64,000 nt of DNA, taken from NCBI GenBank assembly GCA_965287045.1, contig OZ336875.1, positions 74,772,001-74,836,000 of the forward strand, in the 5' to 3' direction. Shown piece by piece: positions 62,122 through 64,000 of this stretch (its first letter is position 1; each line of letters begins with the position of its first letter). The stretch is from Carcharhinus amblyrhynchos (lineage: Eukaryota). The notes beneath the pieces are model-generated. The model was not told the DNA's origin, did not search any database, and saw only the letters and a list, made by a program, of their open reading frames with translations. The position numbers and the translations under genes were made by a program.

Positions 62122-64000
62122 ATTGTCATATTAATCGCCATGATATGGGCCATCACTGGCTTGGCAGGGCAGTGGCTGGTCAGCCAGAATATTGCAGTAA
62201 GACTGTTGCACACCGTATTTCAAGACTTCAGTTCGATGAATTGTACAAGGTACCCTGAACAGAAAAGCTGAACTTACTGACCCTGGCTCATTTCTCTTCA
62301 CAGGCCATGGCATCTTACCACAAATGAGGCAGACGCATGAATAAATTACCACCACAATCAAGTTTGCACAGTTTTGCAGTTTACAATACATAACTTCCCA
62401 CAGTCTGATACAATATACAAACAAAAAGCGTCGTGGTGGTATTACGCGCACTCATTCTCGTATCATTGCAGACTGTATAGAGACATGTCCTTATCCAAGT
62501 TCCCATTACATCTCAGACTTCAGGGAAATTGAACTTCAACTGCTGAAACAGTTTGGGAGCTTGAGGAGAAACAGTGTCTTAAAGGGTGCATGGAACATCA
62601 TGCCAGTTCTATTGGATACAACCATTGCTAAATTGCTCAAGATATTTATTGTGGAAATGTTCTTGTGTATGAACTGTAAAGACAGCTACACTGTCAATGC
62701 CTAGCTTATATTCAAACACGTATGGTATTTTTACTTGAACTATGACATGAAGAGGGCGGCGATGTTATTACTTATACTGTAGCTCGTGCTGTCTTTCTTA
62801 CCCATGGGGAATGCATTTTATGCTGTTACCTGTTTAATCTGCATTGAAAGTGAGTTGTGTAAATTTGCAATATGTAGGGGGTGCAGTATTCCTCAACAGT
62901 TGAGACATTTCAGATTTTACATGAAATGCTGGAGCACGGTTTTCTGGATGTACATTGACTTTGTTTACAGCCATTAAATGTATGTTTAAAAATAAATAAT
63001 AAAATATTCTCACAAAATGTGGGGTGCTGTAGCAAAATGAAGCAAACCCAATCCCTCCTTATCCCCTCTATTTTGTCACTTTATTTTCTGTCTCACTGAA
63101 AAATGAACTGCCTTTTATAATCCAGGATATTGTCCAATGATGATGTTTAGTTCTATAGCCTCCTGTGTGTAACTACTAGCATATCATTTTGGGGGATTCC
63201 TTTCCTTATTAGGAAGGGGGAGTTGAGACTTGTAGTTGCTCAGGATGTGATATTATTCAGGAAAAATGTTAATGATCTTTCTTACAACTGTTGGAAATCA
63301 AGCAGACATCCAAAGTAGAAAGGCACTATCTGTTTTTAGGAACACTCTTCACAGGAGAAAGCCATTCAGCCTTCTGCCACGCAAAAAGATTATGGATAAT
63401 CTTTGTTTGCACTCTCATTTACTCATCATGCTCCCCAAAAATCTGAAGACATATCTAAATGAAATGATTTTTCACCTCTTTCGCTTACTGCAGATAGCTG
63501 CACTCGTGGTTGTTTCTTTCCTCTGTCGGAATCAGGTCCGCTATCTAATGCTTCAAGCAACTTTAGCCTGCATTGTGCTTTCAGCTGGTTTACCTGCAGC
63601 TTTATTTTGTTTCATTAAGTCTCACATGTATTGATTCTTTTCCCTTAGCTGTGTTTTTGTCTCCCCCGCCTCCCCCCCAACACAAAAAGCTCTAAGCGCT
63701 TCCCAGAAAGGCAAAAACAAAAAAGTCAAATTTTAAACAAAATGTATTACAGCAAGTCTCTACCACTATACCAGCAGCACAGGCTAATAAGGCAGGTCAA
63801 AAGTTCAGCTGTCCCTCTCTTTCACTTTGCCAGCGAAACAAGAGAACTATATGGCAATTCCATCAGAAAAATGGAGGCAAGTGGGCAAATTCCTTCCAGA
63901 ACATGGGGCCTGCTGTAAGTTCACCTTACACACCAGATTGAGTGAAAAACTGTCTTGAACCTGGCACATAATCATGTTGGAACTGCCTGCCTCCACCAAC

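Noticed and set aside
49800-64000. A second protein-coding gene downstream (e.g. ORFs 62131..62451, 63266..63634)
   Set aside because: No recognisable domain, no consistent exon chain and low-complexity translations; small or non-coding exons cannot be excluded without RNA data.
1-64000. Prokaryotic-type systems (operons, CRISPR arrays, rRNA or tRNA genes)
   Set aside because: Spliced vertebrate gene with retroelement-rich introns; no regularly spaced repeat-spacer array; tRNA-like pieces are decayed SINE heads.

Overview
Eukaryotic genomic DNA, most likely from a cartilaginous fish (shark-type HE1/HER1 tail, Deu-domain SINEs, and CR1, Rex1/Babar and Penelope families; inference from recalled repeat consensus). 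The window holds the 3' part of a CAPRIN2 (caprin-2/RNG140) gene on the + strand. Fifteen coding exons (808..49410; one is a candidate 42-nt micro-exon) splice into one open frame of 2290 nt (~762 aa plus stop) ending in the C1q domain, followed by a 3' UTR with poly(A) signals. The 5' exons lie upstream of the window. Introns and the downstream ~14 kb are filled with decayed retroelements; I could not support a second protein-coding gene. Most notable: (1) a ~3.2-kb palindromic Penelope-like insertion (19641-22825) bounded by a 10-12 bp direct repeat, whose two arms share the same internal inversion junction and end in degenerate hammerhead-ribozyme motifs; (2) a GC-AG intron splitting a Caprin-1-like FIQ|DSMLD G3BP-binding motif; (3) a Trp/Tyr peptide repeat array in one exon; (4) near-identical young CR1 copies, including an inverted intronic pair; (5) a hairpin-bounded 34-bp micro-inversion; (6) a diverged local duplication downstream of the gene. 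I found no evidence of a wholly new multi-gene system. Homology statements rest on remembered sequences, not on searches.
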